Part shown: positions 1 through 4,975 of the stretch, piece by piece
Numbering within the stretch: position 1 is the first letter of the stretch
Layout: each line of letters starts with the position of its first letter
DNA from: Acaryochloris thomasi RCC1774
GTDB lineage: Bacteria; Cyanobacteriota; Cyanobacteriia; Thermosynechococcales; Thermosynechococcaceae
Length of the DNA: 6,418 nt
Direction of reading: 5' to 3'
Assembly (NCBI RefSeq): GCF_003231495.1
Contig: NZ_PQWO01000052.1
Span: forward strand, 1-6,418
Notes under the pieces: generated by a model
What the model was told of the DNA's origin: nothing
The model's database searches: none
Seen by the model: only the letters and a program-made list of their open reading frames with translations
Made by a program: the position numbers and the translations under genes

Positions 1-24
1 CTATACCTAGAAAGGAATGTGTCA

Positions 25-126
25 ATTTCGCTGCCTCGAAAAATGCGAAAATTAGCGCCTGAAACCTATACCCTCAAAAAGTTACAGCCTTAGCGTTGTT
101 TTCTGTTCCGATGTACCCTAAACACC
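25..126. repeat. Left arm of a long imperfect inverted repeat that pairs with 6317..6418
   Basis: Hand reverse-complement alignment. 85..126 is identical to the reverse complement of 6317..6358 (42 bp). The outer 60 bp match at 45 of 60 positions without gaps. Similarity runs to the window edge, so the arms may be longer. Confidence 0.9.
89..126 (-). mobile_element. 38-bp Tn3-family-type terminal inverted repeat, with the terminus at 126 and the inner CTAAG end at 89
   Basis: The - strand reads GGTGTTTAGGGTACATCGGAACAGAAAACAACGCTAAG. It has the 38-bp length, G-rich tip and GGAAC..GAAAAC..ACGCTAAG inner half that I recall for the Tn3, gamma-delta and Tn21/Tn501 IRs. This is from memory and was not searched. 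Confidence 0.55.
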
Positions 127-141
127 GTCTCGACGGGGCAG

Positions 142-756
142 ATGGAGGTGCTCTTAGAGCAGTTCCCGACTGAGTTTGAATCTAAGTTTGTCGATCTGAT
201 GCAGAAGGCTCAGCTTCAATTTGAGGGGCATCGGCAATGGTGGACGGAGAGACAGGAAGAGTTAAACACCTATTTACAGGGGGTGGAGGTTCAGCAGTCT
301 GGGGTCATGGAAAAGCTGCAGGCAGAACGGGTGGCGTTTGAGGAAAGTGCAACGACTCAAAGACAATGGGTGCTCGGTGAGATTAATACGGTGCTGGCAG
401 TTAGCAAGCGGGAGAAGGATCAGCTCCATGCAGAGATGGTGAAGCGGCTGCAGCAGGACCAGACGCAGTTAATTATGGATGCTCAAGACCAGAGCGCAAA
501 TTTTGTACGCAGGGGAATCATTACGGGGGAAAAGCAGGCAGCTCAGGGAATGCTCTGGTGGGGTGGCCTGATGGGGGGCGCTATGGGACTACTGGGGATT
601 ATCTTTGGGATTGTCATTCAGAATTCGGTGCAGCAGCGATTTACGGATGTTCCTTGGGCTATGGATCTATGGCAATGGAATCAGGGCTTCTATAGAGAGT
701 GCAAGAAGCAAAAGCGCACGACCTGTAATTTCACCATTGTTGAACCCAAAGAATAG
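142..756 (+). CDS. Hypothetical membrane protein with a Q/E-rich coiled-coil-like N-terminal region of about 130 aa, one glycine-zipper TM helix and a Trp/Cys-containing C-terminal tail
   Basis: 204-aa ORF. The frame is closed upstream by TAG at 91..93 and has no earlier start. The TM segment is GMLWWGGLMGGAMGLLGIIFGIVIQ, with nested GxxxG motifs. The tail is WAMDLWQWNQGFYRECKKQKRTTCNF. I recognise no family. Confidence 0.75.
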   Translation: MEVLLEQFPTEFESKFVDLMQKAQLQFEGHRQWWTERQEELNTYLQGVEVQQSGVMEKLQAERVAFEESATTQRQWVLGEINTVLAVSKREKDQLHAEMVKRLQQDQTQLIMDAQDQSANFVRRGIITGEKQAAQGMLWWGGLMGGAMGLLGIIFGIVIQNSVQQRFTDVPWAMDLWQWNQGFYRECKKQKRTTCNFTIVEPKE

Positions 757-777
757 AAGTTCTAAGGCTGGGGCTGA

Positions 778-1029
778 TCAGTCGTCCATTTCGCCGTCGT
801 GGGTTTCGATGCTTTCTTCCCAAGGCTCTTGATCTGGGTCTAGCTCCCAAAGATGTGGGTGCAGGGTTTGATTGACGAGTGCTTGCGCTTCTTCGGCGGG
901 CATAGAGAGCAGCTTCTTCCGAGCCGCAATTTTCTCGGCAGCAAGTTCTTCTGAGGTGTGTTCTATTTGGCGCAGCGGCTCACTGTCAGGCTGAGACGAT
1001 GATTCACTGGGGTCCATTGCGGTCTTCAC
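778..1029 (-). CDS. Hypothetical small, highly acidic protein (83 aa)
   Basis: GTG start at 1029 with GAGG 8 nt upstream; an alternative ATG lies at 1017. About 21 D/E against about 6 K/R residues. Third-codon positions vary as in real coding sequence. It is convergent with 142..756 across a 21-bp gap. Confidence 0.55.
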   Translation of the reverse strand: MKTAMDPSESSSQPDSEPLRQIEHTSEELAAEKIAARKKLLSMPAEEAQALVNQTLHPHLWELDPDQEPWEESIETHDGEMDD

Positions 1030-1078
1030 ATACAGAGCCTCATCTCTTTACCACAAGAACCACGAATTACAATACCTC

Positions 1079-1107
1079 TTGACATTAACGTTACAACTTG
1101 TTACATT
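1079..1107 (+). promoter_or_regulatory. Sigma70-type promoter for 1143..1415
   Basis: TTGACA (1079..1084), a 17-nt spacer, then TACATT (1102..1107). An AAGGA Shine-Dalgarno ends 8 nt before the ATG at 1143. Confidence 0.55.
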
Positions 1108-1126
1108 ATTGATACAAAGCGTTACA
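1090..1126 (+). promoter_or_regulatory. Helically phased hexamer array (GTTACA, GTTACA, GATACA, GTTACA), a candidate operator
   Basis: Hexamers start at 1090, 1100, 1111 and 1121, giving spacings of 10, 11 and 10 bp. They cover the spacer, the -10 element, the expected TSS and the 5' UTR. The -35 TTGACA at 1079 is a fifth related copy. Confidence 0.6.
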
Positions 1127-1142
1127 CAAAAGGATTTGATTT

Positions 1143-1415
1143 ATGACTTCCGCTACTGCTACTGCTCAACAGTATTCCGTTGCTAACGAACTCATCCCTG
1201 CTGAAGCTGCAGCGCGGCTCAAGCGCTCAGAGGGCTTTCCTGTGCCTCGCGTCTTTGGTGGCACCGTTGACCAAGAGGGTCTAGCCAATAACTACGCCGT
1301 CGGACCTGTCAGCTCCGCTGCTGAGAAGACTTCAGGAAAAACTCGGTTATGGCAAGCCGTAGCATTCGCGGCTGTCACCTGGATTCCAGTCTCTATTGCG
1401 ATTCTCGTAAGCTAA
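1143..1415 (+). CDS. Hypothetical tail-anchored small membrane protein (90 aa)
   Basis: It has its own promoter and Shine-Dalgarno. A single C-terminal TM helix reads LWQAVAFAAVTWIPVSIAILVS. The motif EGLANNYAVGP upstream of the helix reminds me of cyanobacterial ssl1498/Psb34-type small proteins, but this is unverified. Confidence 0.7.
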   Translation: MTSATATAQQYSVANELIPAEAAARLKRSEGFPVPRVFGGTVDQEGLANNYAVGPVSSAAEKTSGKTRLWQAVAFAAVTWIPVSIAILVS

Positions 1416-1447
1416 TCTCTGTTTTGATTTTGGTTTGAGAAGGACGA

Positions 1448-1689
1448 TTATGGCCCACGAGTAGGGCTATAACGTAACGCGACTGAATCTTACTCTAGAT
1501 TTAGAAAGCTCCCCCGGTGCATACGAGTTGTATGTGCTGGGGGTTCCTCTATTGAGGGGTTGATAAAGGTGAGGTTAACGTTTTCTTTACGGGTGGAGAA
1601 AAATGGTAGGACTGAGATATGGTTTTGGCTCCATCCAAAATCAACGATTCCAAAAGCGACCCAACACCACACACCTTGGGTCGCTTTTT
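1448..1689 (+). ncRNA. Structured + strand RNA region, either a long 3' UTR of 1143..1415 or an independent sRNA
   Basis: There are four hairpins plus a terminator. Stems: 1448..1456/1464..1472 (9 bp), 1511..1524/1530..1543 (14 bp), 1546..1550/1555..1559 (5 bp) and 1620..1628/1635..1643 (9 bp). Six of these pairs are G-U and would be A-C mismatches on the - strand. No credible ORF lies here. Confidence 0.4.
1653..1689. terminator. Rho-independent terminator, probably bidirectional, shared by the convergent 1143..1415 unit and rep
   Basis: A 12-bp perfect stem (AAAGCGACCCAA 1653..1664 with TTGGGTCGCTTT 1676..1687) and an 11-nt loop. On the + strand a T5 run (1685..1689) overlaps the distal stem arm. 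The A run at 1652..1655 gives a U4 tract after the hairpin on the - strand. Confidence 0.75.
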
Positions 1690-1840
1690 CATGGGGTTGA
1701 GTTCTCAATAGATTTCATGGATGCTTGCGCTTCACAGGTTTTTCTCTGGTGGCTTGATATTATTCGTATTGCTCTCACTGGCTGGGTTTATCGGGGGGTA
1801 TGACAGCGAATAAATCGCTGCAATCCAGTCACGATAGCGT

Positions 1841-1873
1841 CCTCAGTAGTTCTTGCAGTTTCACCTACTGAGG
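1841..1873 (-). other. Hairpin starting 10 nt downstream of the rep stop codon
   Basis: CCTCAGTAG (1841..1849) pairs with CTACTGAGG (1865..1873) across a 15-nt loop. No U tract follows on the - strand, so it is not a classical terminator. Confidence 0.35.
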
Positions 1874-1882
1874 GCATCCACT

Positions 1883-2911
1883 TTAGCCGAACCGGAATTT
1901 GATGGGGTTCATCTCCTTCAACATTCGCAGAGGAAAGGCAAAAGCGAGTTCAGTCCACGGTTGCCAGTCCCCTTGCTCGGGGTCGGTACAAACGCACATC
2001 TGACCGTCCATCGGTAGCGAGGCGGTGACAATGCCTTTTTCTCGGGCGAGATCAAACCAATCGCTGAAGCCATCAGGCATAGTTTCAAGCGCATCATTGA
2101 CGGGGTTGGGGGTCCAGCGTTCTTGAATCGCCTTAACTAGCAATCCAGCGGGTCGCTTCGCTTGACCTGTTTTTTTCTGCTGGCGCACGACGGCCAGGGC
2201 ATCCAGCACAATGTCTAGGGACACTGACATCATGGCCCGTTTGATGTTTTGGTTCATGGGTTGAGGGGCGATCACCTCCTCTACTTCGGCTTGAAGCTGT
2301 GGATCTATTTTTCTTTCTTCAGAGGAAATCGGCACGTCCTGAGAATCAGAGTTTGTTGGGAAGGCTGCTCTTGATTTTTCTTCATCTTCAATTTCTGGGT
2401 TTTCCAGATTGAGATGTGGAGGAGAGGCAGCTAGACCTTCCTTATTAATCCTTGAATTTAGAACAGGGTGGAGTGGGTGGCGTGTGTCTGTTGTTTCTTT
2501 ATTCTCTATATAAGAGACAACGGAGCTGTAAGGTTTTGAGGGCTGTTTTTTGGAAATTTCTTTCCTGTTTTGGGAAGTTTTCTTCCCGATCTGGGAAGTT
2601 TTTTTCTCGATTGGTTGATCTGGATGGTGGGCGCTCAGTTTCCAGAATCGGGCGTTGAACTGTCGGATATTCTCGACGAGGCCGCTTTCAATGAGGGAAT
2701 TGAGGGCGTTGCGGATCTGACGGGTGCAGTAGGGGCGTTTACGGCTTTGGCTGCTGAAGGTTTGAAATTCGGCTAGGTCAAATTCTTGGCTCTGTCCGGC
2801 GGGGCGGCGGCGTAAAAGCCACTGGTACAGGGAGCGGGCAGCGGGGGAAAGTTGCATCAGGATGAGGTCATGCTCATCGGTGATCATGGCAAAGGCGATC
2901 ATTTCTATCAC
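1883..2911 (-). CDS. Putative plasmid replication initiator with an N-terminal winged-helix (HTH_36-like) domain, a disordered linker and a C-terminal domain
   Basis: 342-aa ORF. The N-terminus (LSPAARSLYQWLLRRRP..FDLAEF..YCTRQIRNALNSLIESGLVE) follows the wHTH pattern seen in phage and plasmid replication proteins. A low-complexity linker of about 120 aa follows. The C-terminal segment includes PAGLLVKAIQERWTP. It is the only candidate replication gene in the window. The track start is GTG at 2911, only 2 nt from the AGGAG at 2914..2918. The ATG at 2902 has 11-nt spacing and is a likelier start. Confidence 0.6.
   Translation of the reverse strand: MIEMIAFAMITDEHDLILMQLSPAARSLYQWLLRRRPAGQSQEFDLAEFQTFSSQSRKRPYCTRQIRNALNSLIESGLVENIRQFNARFWKLSAHHPDQPIEKKTSQIGKKTSQNRKEISKKQPSKPYSSVVSYIENKETTDTRHPLHPVLNSRINKEGLAASPPHLNLENPEIEDEEKSRAAFPTNSDSQDVPISSEERKIDPQLQAEVEEVIAPQPMNQNIKRAMMSVSLDIVLDALAVVRQQKKTGQAKRPAGLLVKAIQERWTPNPVNDALETMPDGFSDWFDLAREKGIVTASLPMDGQMCVCTDPEQGDWQPWTELAFAFPLRMLKEMNPIKFRFG
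2571..2612. repeat. Tandem 21-bp direct repeat inside rep
   Basis: TGGGAAGTTTTCTTCCCGATC (2571..2591) and TGGGAAGTTTTTTTCTCGATT (2592..2612) match at 18 of 21 positions. They encode the repeated peptide KKTSQI/GKKTSQN in the linker. Confidence 0.8.
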
Positions 2912-2916
2912 GTCTC

Positions 2917-2945
2917 CTATCGAGTGAACGGAGCGAGTTCGATAG
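2917..2945 (-). promoter_or_regulatory. Inverted repeat in the rep leader that overlaps the Shine-Dalgarno
   Basis: CTATCGA (2917..2923) pairs with TCGATAG (2939..2945) across a 15-nt loop. The stem shares 2 nt with the AGGAG complement at 2914..2918. Confidence 0.35.
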
Positions 2946-2972
2946 ATGGCGTTAAGCTCTCTTAAAGAATGC

Positions 2973-3002
2973 TTGTCATCTCTGACGTAAACACACTAAA
3001 AT
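2973..3002 (+). promoter_or_regulatory. Promoter candidate reading away from rep
   Basis: TTGTCA (2973..2978), an 18-nt spacer, then TAAAAT (2997..3002). The expected TSS is near 3009. Confidence 0.5.
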
Positions 3003-3013
3003 AGTTAAACGAC

Positions 3014-3043
3014 ATTATGGGTTCCTAACTTCTTGCCCGTCAA
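3014..3043 (-). promoter_or_regulatory. Promoter candidate for rep
   Basis: On the - strand: TTGACG (3043..3038), an 18-nt spacer, then CATAAT (3019..3014). The expected TSS is near 3007, giving a leader of about 95 nt. Confidence 0.5.
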
Positions 3044-3104
3044 AGCGTTCAGTTAGATCCCGCGAATACTCGCTAAAGAACATTTTGTTTTTTGCCCTAG
3101 AGAA

Positions 3105-3131
3105 CCTGGCTGTTTCATAGCCGGGTTTTTT
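3105..3131 (+). terminator. Rho-independent terminator, + strand only
   Basis: CCTGGCT (3105..3111) pairs with AGCCGGG (3119..3125), forming 7 bp with one U-G pair and a 7-nt loop, followed by T6 (3126..3131). On the - strand the wobble becomes an A-C mismatch and no U tract follows. Confidence 0.7.
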
Positions 3132-3374
3132 GGGTTTCTGGGGGGTTAGACCATACAGGTCTCCAAAAAGAAAATTAACAAGCCCGAAAGCTTGATGATC
3201 TATACTACGCCGTCAAGCTAGCTTAAGAAAACTCTTTAAAACAAATGATCACAAGGGCTGGAGTCATCCACCAAGAAGTCGAATGCGATAATGACTGCGA
3301 AAGGTCATTGCTGCGCGGAGCCATGCTGGACTGACCTAGGAAGAATTAGCCCAGCGCATAGATGTAAAGAGGAA

Positions 3375-3698
3375 TTAACGTTGTAAGGCGAATGCCGAAT
3401 CATCCTCAAGTGGAACCAGCGCAATCTCCACCCGCCGATTAAGCGCCTGGGCAATTCGCTGCAGCATGGATAAAGAATGCCCTTCATAATCTGCATCTTC
3501 AAGACGAGCAATTACAGGCTGTTGAGTGCCAATTAGCTCAGCAAGCTGCTTCTGAGTCAGGTTCGCCTGAGTTCTTGCTGCATAGATAAGCTGTGCAACC
3601 TCCGCATTCACAGAGGCTTCCTGAACCATCTCCTGCAACTCAGGATCGCTTGGGTTCAACTGCCCCAAGATTTTAAGTGCATCGCTCGTTTTAGCCAT
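3375..3698 (-). CDS. XRE-family helix-turn-helix antitoxin (HigA-like), 107 aa
   Basis: The HTH reads LTQKQLAELIGTQQPVIARLE. I place the start at the ATG at 3698 (MAKTSD...), which overlaps the toxin stop as ATGGCTAA. The 132-aa track ORF (to 3773) would run 83 nt into the toxin gene. Confidence 0.85.
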   Translation of the reverse strand: MAKTSDALKILGQLNPSDPELQEMVQEASVNAEVAQLIYAARTQANLTQKQLAELIGTQQPVIARLEDADYEGHSLSMLQRIAQALNRRVEIALVPLEDDSAFALQR

Positions 3699-4083
3699 CT
3701 TCTGTATCCTCGCTATAGGTATGGATGTCTGGAGCCTTTTCATATAGACGCTTTCGGTCAAGTGCCCGCTCAATATCTATGTCGGGGACTGGCGCACCTT
3801 CTTTTGTGATTGCGTGGGCTAAAATCGCTACGTTCTGGCCGTGAAAGAAATACAAGATTCGGTACTGAGTTCTCCTATGCTTGGCCCGCAGCTCGTAGAC
3901 GCCATCACGAAGATAGTCCACTGCTGGCCGCCGCAGTTCATACCCCGACTCTGACAAGAGCTGAATACGAGCAGCACAATTGGCATATCCCTTCCGATCC
4001 TTTTTCAGAAGTGTTTTCAACCAATCTAGAGCTGGCACCCGACCCCGCTCATCCTGGTAAAACACAACCTGGGTTTGGGGCAT
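3691..4083 (-). CDS. RelE/ParE-superfamily toxin of the HigB / Gp49-like (DUF891) type, 130 aa
   Basis: The N-terminus VVFYQDERGRVPALDWLKTL, the core YELRAKHRRTQYRILYFF..NVAILAHAITK and the C-terminal helix are typical of this family. It lies upstream of its XRE antitoxin, as in the hig arrangement. Confidence 0.85.
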   Translation of the reverse strand: MPQTQVVFYQDERGRVPALDWLKTLLKKDRKGYANCAARIQLLSESGYELRRPAVDYLRDGVYELRAKHRRTQYRILYFFHGQNVAILAHAITKEGAPVPDIDIERALDRKRLYEKAPDIHTYSEDTEDG

Positions 4084-4109
4084 AAAGGCTTTTCAGCAAA
4101 CAAACTACC

Positions 4110-4137
4110 GCCATAATAGCAATATTGTTATTATGGC
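4110..4137. promoter_or_regulatory. 28-bp AT-rich palindrome upstream of the toxin gene, a candidate TA operator/promoter
   Basis: GCCATAATAGCAATATTGTTATTATGGC is self-complementary apart from one mismatched pair. It contains TATTAT/ATAATA -10-like hexamers and sits 27 nt upstream of the ATG at 4083. Confidence 0.55.
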
Positions 4138-4158
4138 TTCACACACTGAAGAGTTTCA

Positions 4159-4380
4159 CTACTGCTCAGAAAGGTGTTTTTCCACTGCTTCAACAATCAA
4201 GTCTTTAAGAGAGACTTCACGAGTGGTAGCCTCAATCGTCCATCGCTTACGAAGTGATAGCGGCACTTTGATGCACACGTTAACGATATTTTCAGAGGAT
4301 GCTTTCTGCCTTTCATCCTTAGCAGGTTTCTGCTTTTCGTCTTTGGCAGCTTTCATCACATCAGTAAATTTGCTACTCAT
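4159..4380 (-). CDS. Ribbon-helix-helix partition adaptor / centromere-binding protein (ParG-like), 73 aa
   Basis: A lysine-rich N-terminal tail is followed by the RHH pattern: strand VNVCIKVP, helix SLRKRWTIEATTRE, helix SLKDLIVEAVEKHL. Its ATG overlaps the ParA stop as ATGA (4377..4380). Confidence 0.75.
   Translation of the reverse strand: MSSKFTDVMKAAKDEKQKPAKDERQKASSENIVNVCIKVPLSLRKRWTIEATTREVSLKDLIVEAVEKHLSEQ
4297..4344. repeat. Tandem 24-bp repeat inside the RHH partition gene, built from the GCAGAAAG/GAAAG repeat family
   Basis: 4297..4320 and 4321..4344 match at 17 of 24 positions and encode KDEKQKPA / KDERQKAS. The segment 4296..4316 is identical to 6149..6169 (21 nt). Confidence 0.8.
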
Positions 4381-4970
4381 CTCAGTATCTCCAATACTTC
4401 TTTGCCCATCTGTTCATAGTCCAGCCAAGGGAGGCGAGACTTCCCCTTCAGTTCCCGAATCGGCACCCCCGCTAGCGCTGCTTTAGCAAACGCCGTCGAG
4501 CGTCGGATGATTGACTCAAAAACTGGCACATCTGACGCTTGCATATCCTGCTGCATCTGTTCCCCATCTTTATTGGGATGAGGGGGAGCCATTGTGATTA
4601 AGGCTCGGAAAGAGACATTCTTCAAAGCCTTCGAGGTATCAATCATCGGCTCTAGAGAATTGATATCAGGGATTGTTGGCAAGATCATCAAATCGCAGCC
4701 ATCTGCCAGTTCCTTTAAATCATCTGAGTTAGGTCGAGCGGGGGTATCAATCACCAACCAATCACGACCGGGTATCGCCTTAGCTGCTTTGCGCTCGTCT
4801 GCGACATCAAAAGGCAAGTGACCTCGACTGGCCCAGCTTATAGAGGTCCGATTCGGATCGCCATCAACAAGTAAGACGTTTCCATATTTAGACAGAAACG
4901 TTGCTAGATGAATGGCACTGGTGGATTTTCCCACCCCACCTTTGTATCCAGTAAAAGTGACAATCAGCAT
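4377..4970 (-). CDS. parA: ParA/Soj-family partition ATPase, small type Ib form (197 aa, no N-terminal HTH)
   Basis: It has the deviant Walker A GYKGGVGKST, followed by LLVDGDPN and WLVIDTP (Walker B-like). It is translationally coupled to the downstream RHH gene. Confidence 0.93.
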   Translation of the reverse strand: MLIVTFTGYKGGVGKSTSAIHLATFLSKYGNVLLVDGDPNRTSISWASRGHLPFDVADERKAAKAIPGRDWLVIDTPARPNSDDLKELADGCDLMILPTIPDINSLEPMIDTSKALKNVSFRALITMAPPHPNKDGEQMQQDMQASDVPVFESIIRRSTAFAKAALAGVPIRELKGKSRLPWLDYEQMGKEVLEILR

Positions 4971-4975
4971 AAATC

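Larger units (their letters stand above)
3009..3131 (+). ncRNA. Candidate sRNA of about 120 nt between the + promoter and the + strand-specific terminator
   Basis: A good promoter (2973..3002) lies about 100 nt upstream of a good terminator (3105..3131). The only ORF between them is ATG GGT TCC TAA. The end coordinates are inferred. Confidence 0.4.

Noticed and set aside
127-131. 5-bp target-site duplication expected for a Tn3-family insertion
   Set aside because: The bases abutting the two tips are GTCTC (127..131) and ATCAA (6312..6316). Shifting the boundary by 1-2 bp does not help, so no duplication can be claimed.
605-832. 75-aa + strand ORF overlapping the 3' end of 142..756 and the acidic ORF
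   Set aside because: It lies out of frame over a better ORF and antisense to another. The sequence is low-complexity, and I saw no start context.
1047-1055. DnaA-box-like TTTACCACA
   Set aside because: It is a single copy with a mismatch to the consensus and no cluster, so it is not evidence for an origin.
1085-1092. Palindromic octamer TTAACGTT at 1085, 1575 and 3375 (variant at 4280)
   Set aside because: Three copies exceed the roughly 0.1 expected. But the sites share no context, and I cannot correct properly for composition and multiple testing by hand.
1702-1712. 11-nt match TTCTCAATAGA, also at 6282..6292
   Set aside because: Several matches of this length are expected by chance in a 6.4-kb window read on both strands.
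1490-1803. Two ORFs, 1490..1708 (-, 72 aa) and 1603..1803 (+, 66 aa)
   Set aside because: Both run straight through the strong terminator hairpin at 1653..1689 and through the other hairpins. The region is better explained as structured RNA.
2452-2776. + strand ORFs 2452..2658 and 2570..2776
   Set aside because: They are antisense shadows inside rep, composed largely of the low-complexity repeat region.
1883-2911. Rolling-circle (HUH) Rep interpretation, with 1448..1689 as a single-strand origin
   Set aside because: I saw no His-hydrophobic-His motif or catalytic Tyr motif pattern in the 342-aa protein. The AHHP at the domain boundary does not fit.
3305-3511. 68-aa - strand ORF overlapping the antitoxin gene
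   Set aside because: It is an alternative frame of the clearly recognisable XRE antitoxin and has no features of its own.
3699-3773. 25-aa N-terminal extension of the antitoxin ORF given in the track (start at 3773)
   Set aside because: It would overlap the toxin gene by 83 nt. The ATG at 3698 gives the canonical ATGGCTAA stop/start coupling and a normal-length HTH antitoxin.
3810-4821. + strand ORFs 3810..4085, 4133..4486 and 4594..4821
   Set aside because: They are antisense to the toxin, RHH and ParA genes, all of which have strong family signatures.
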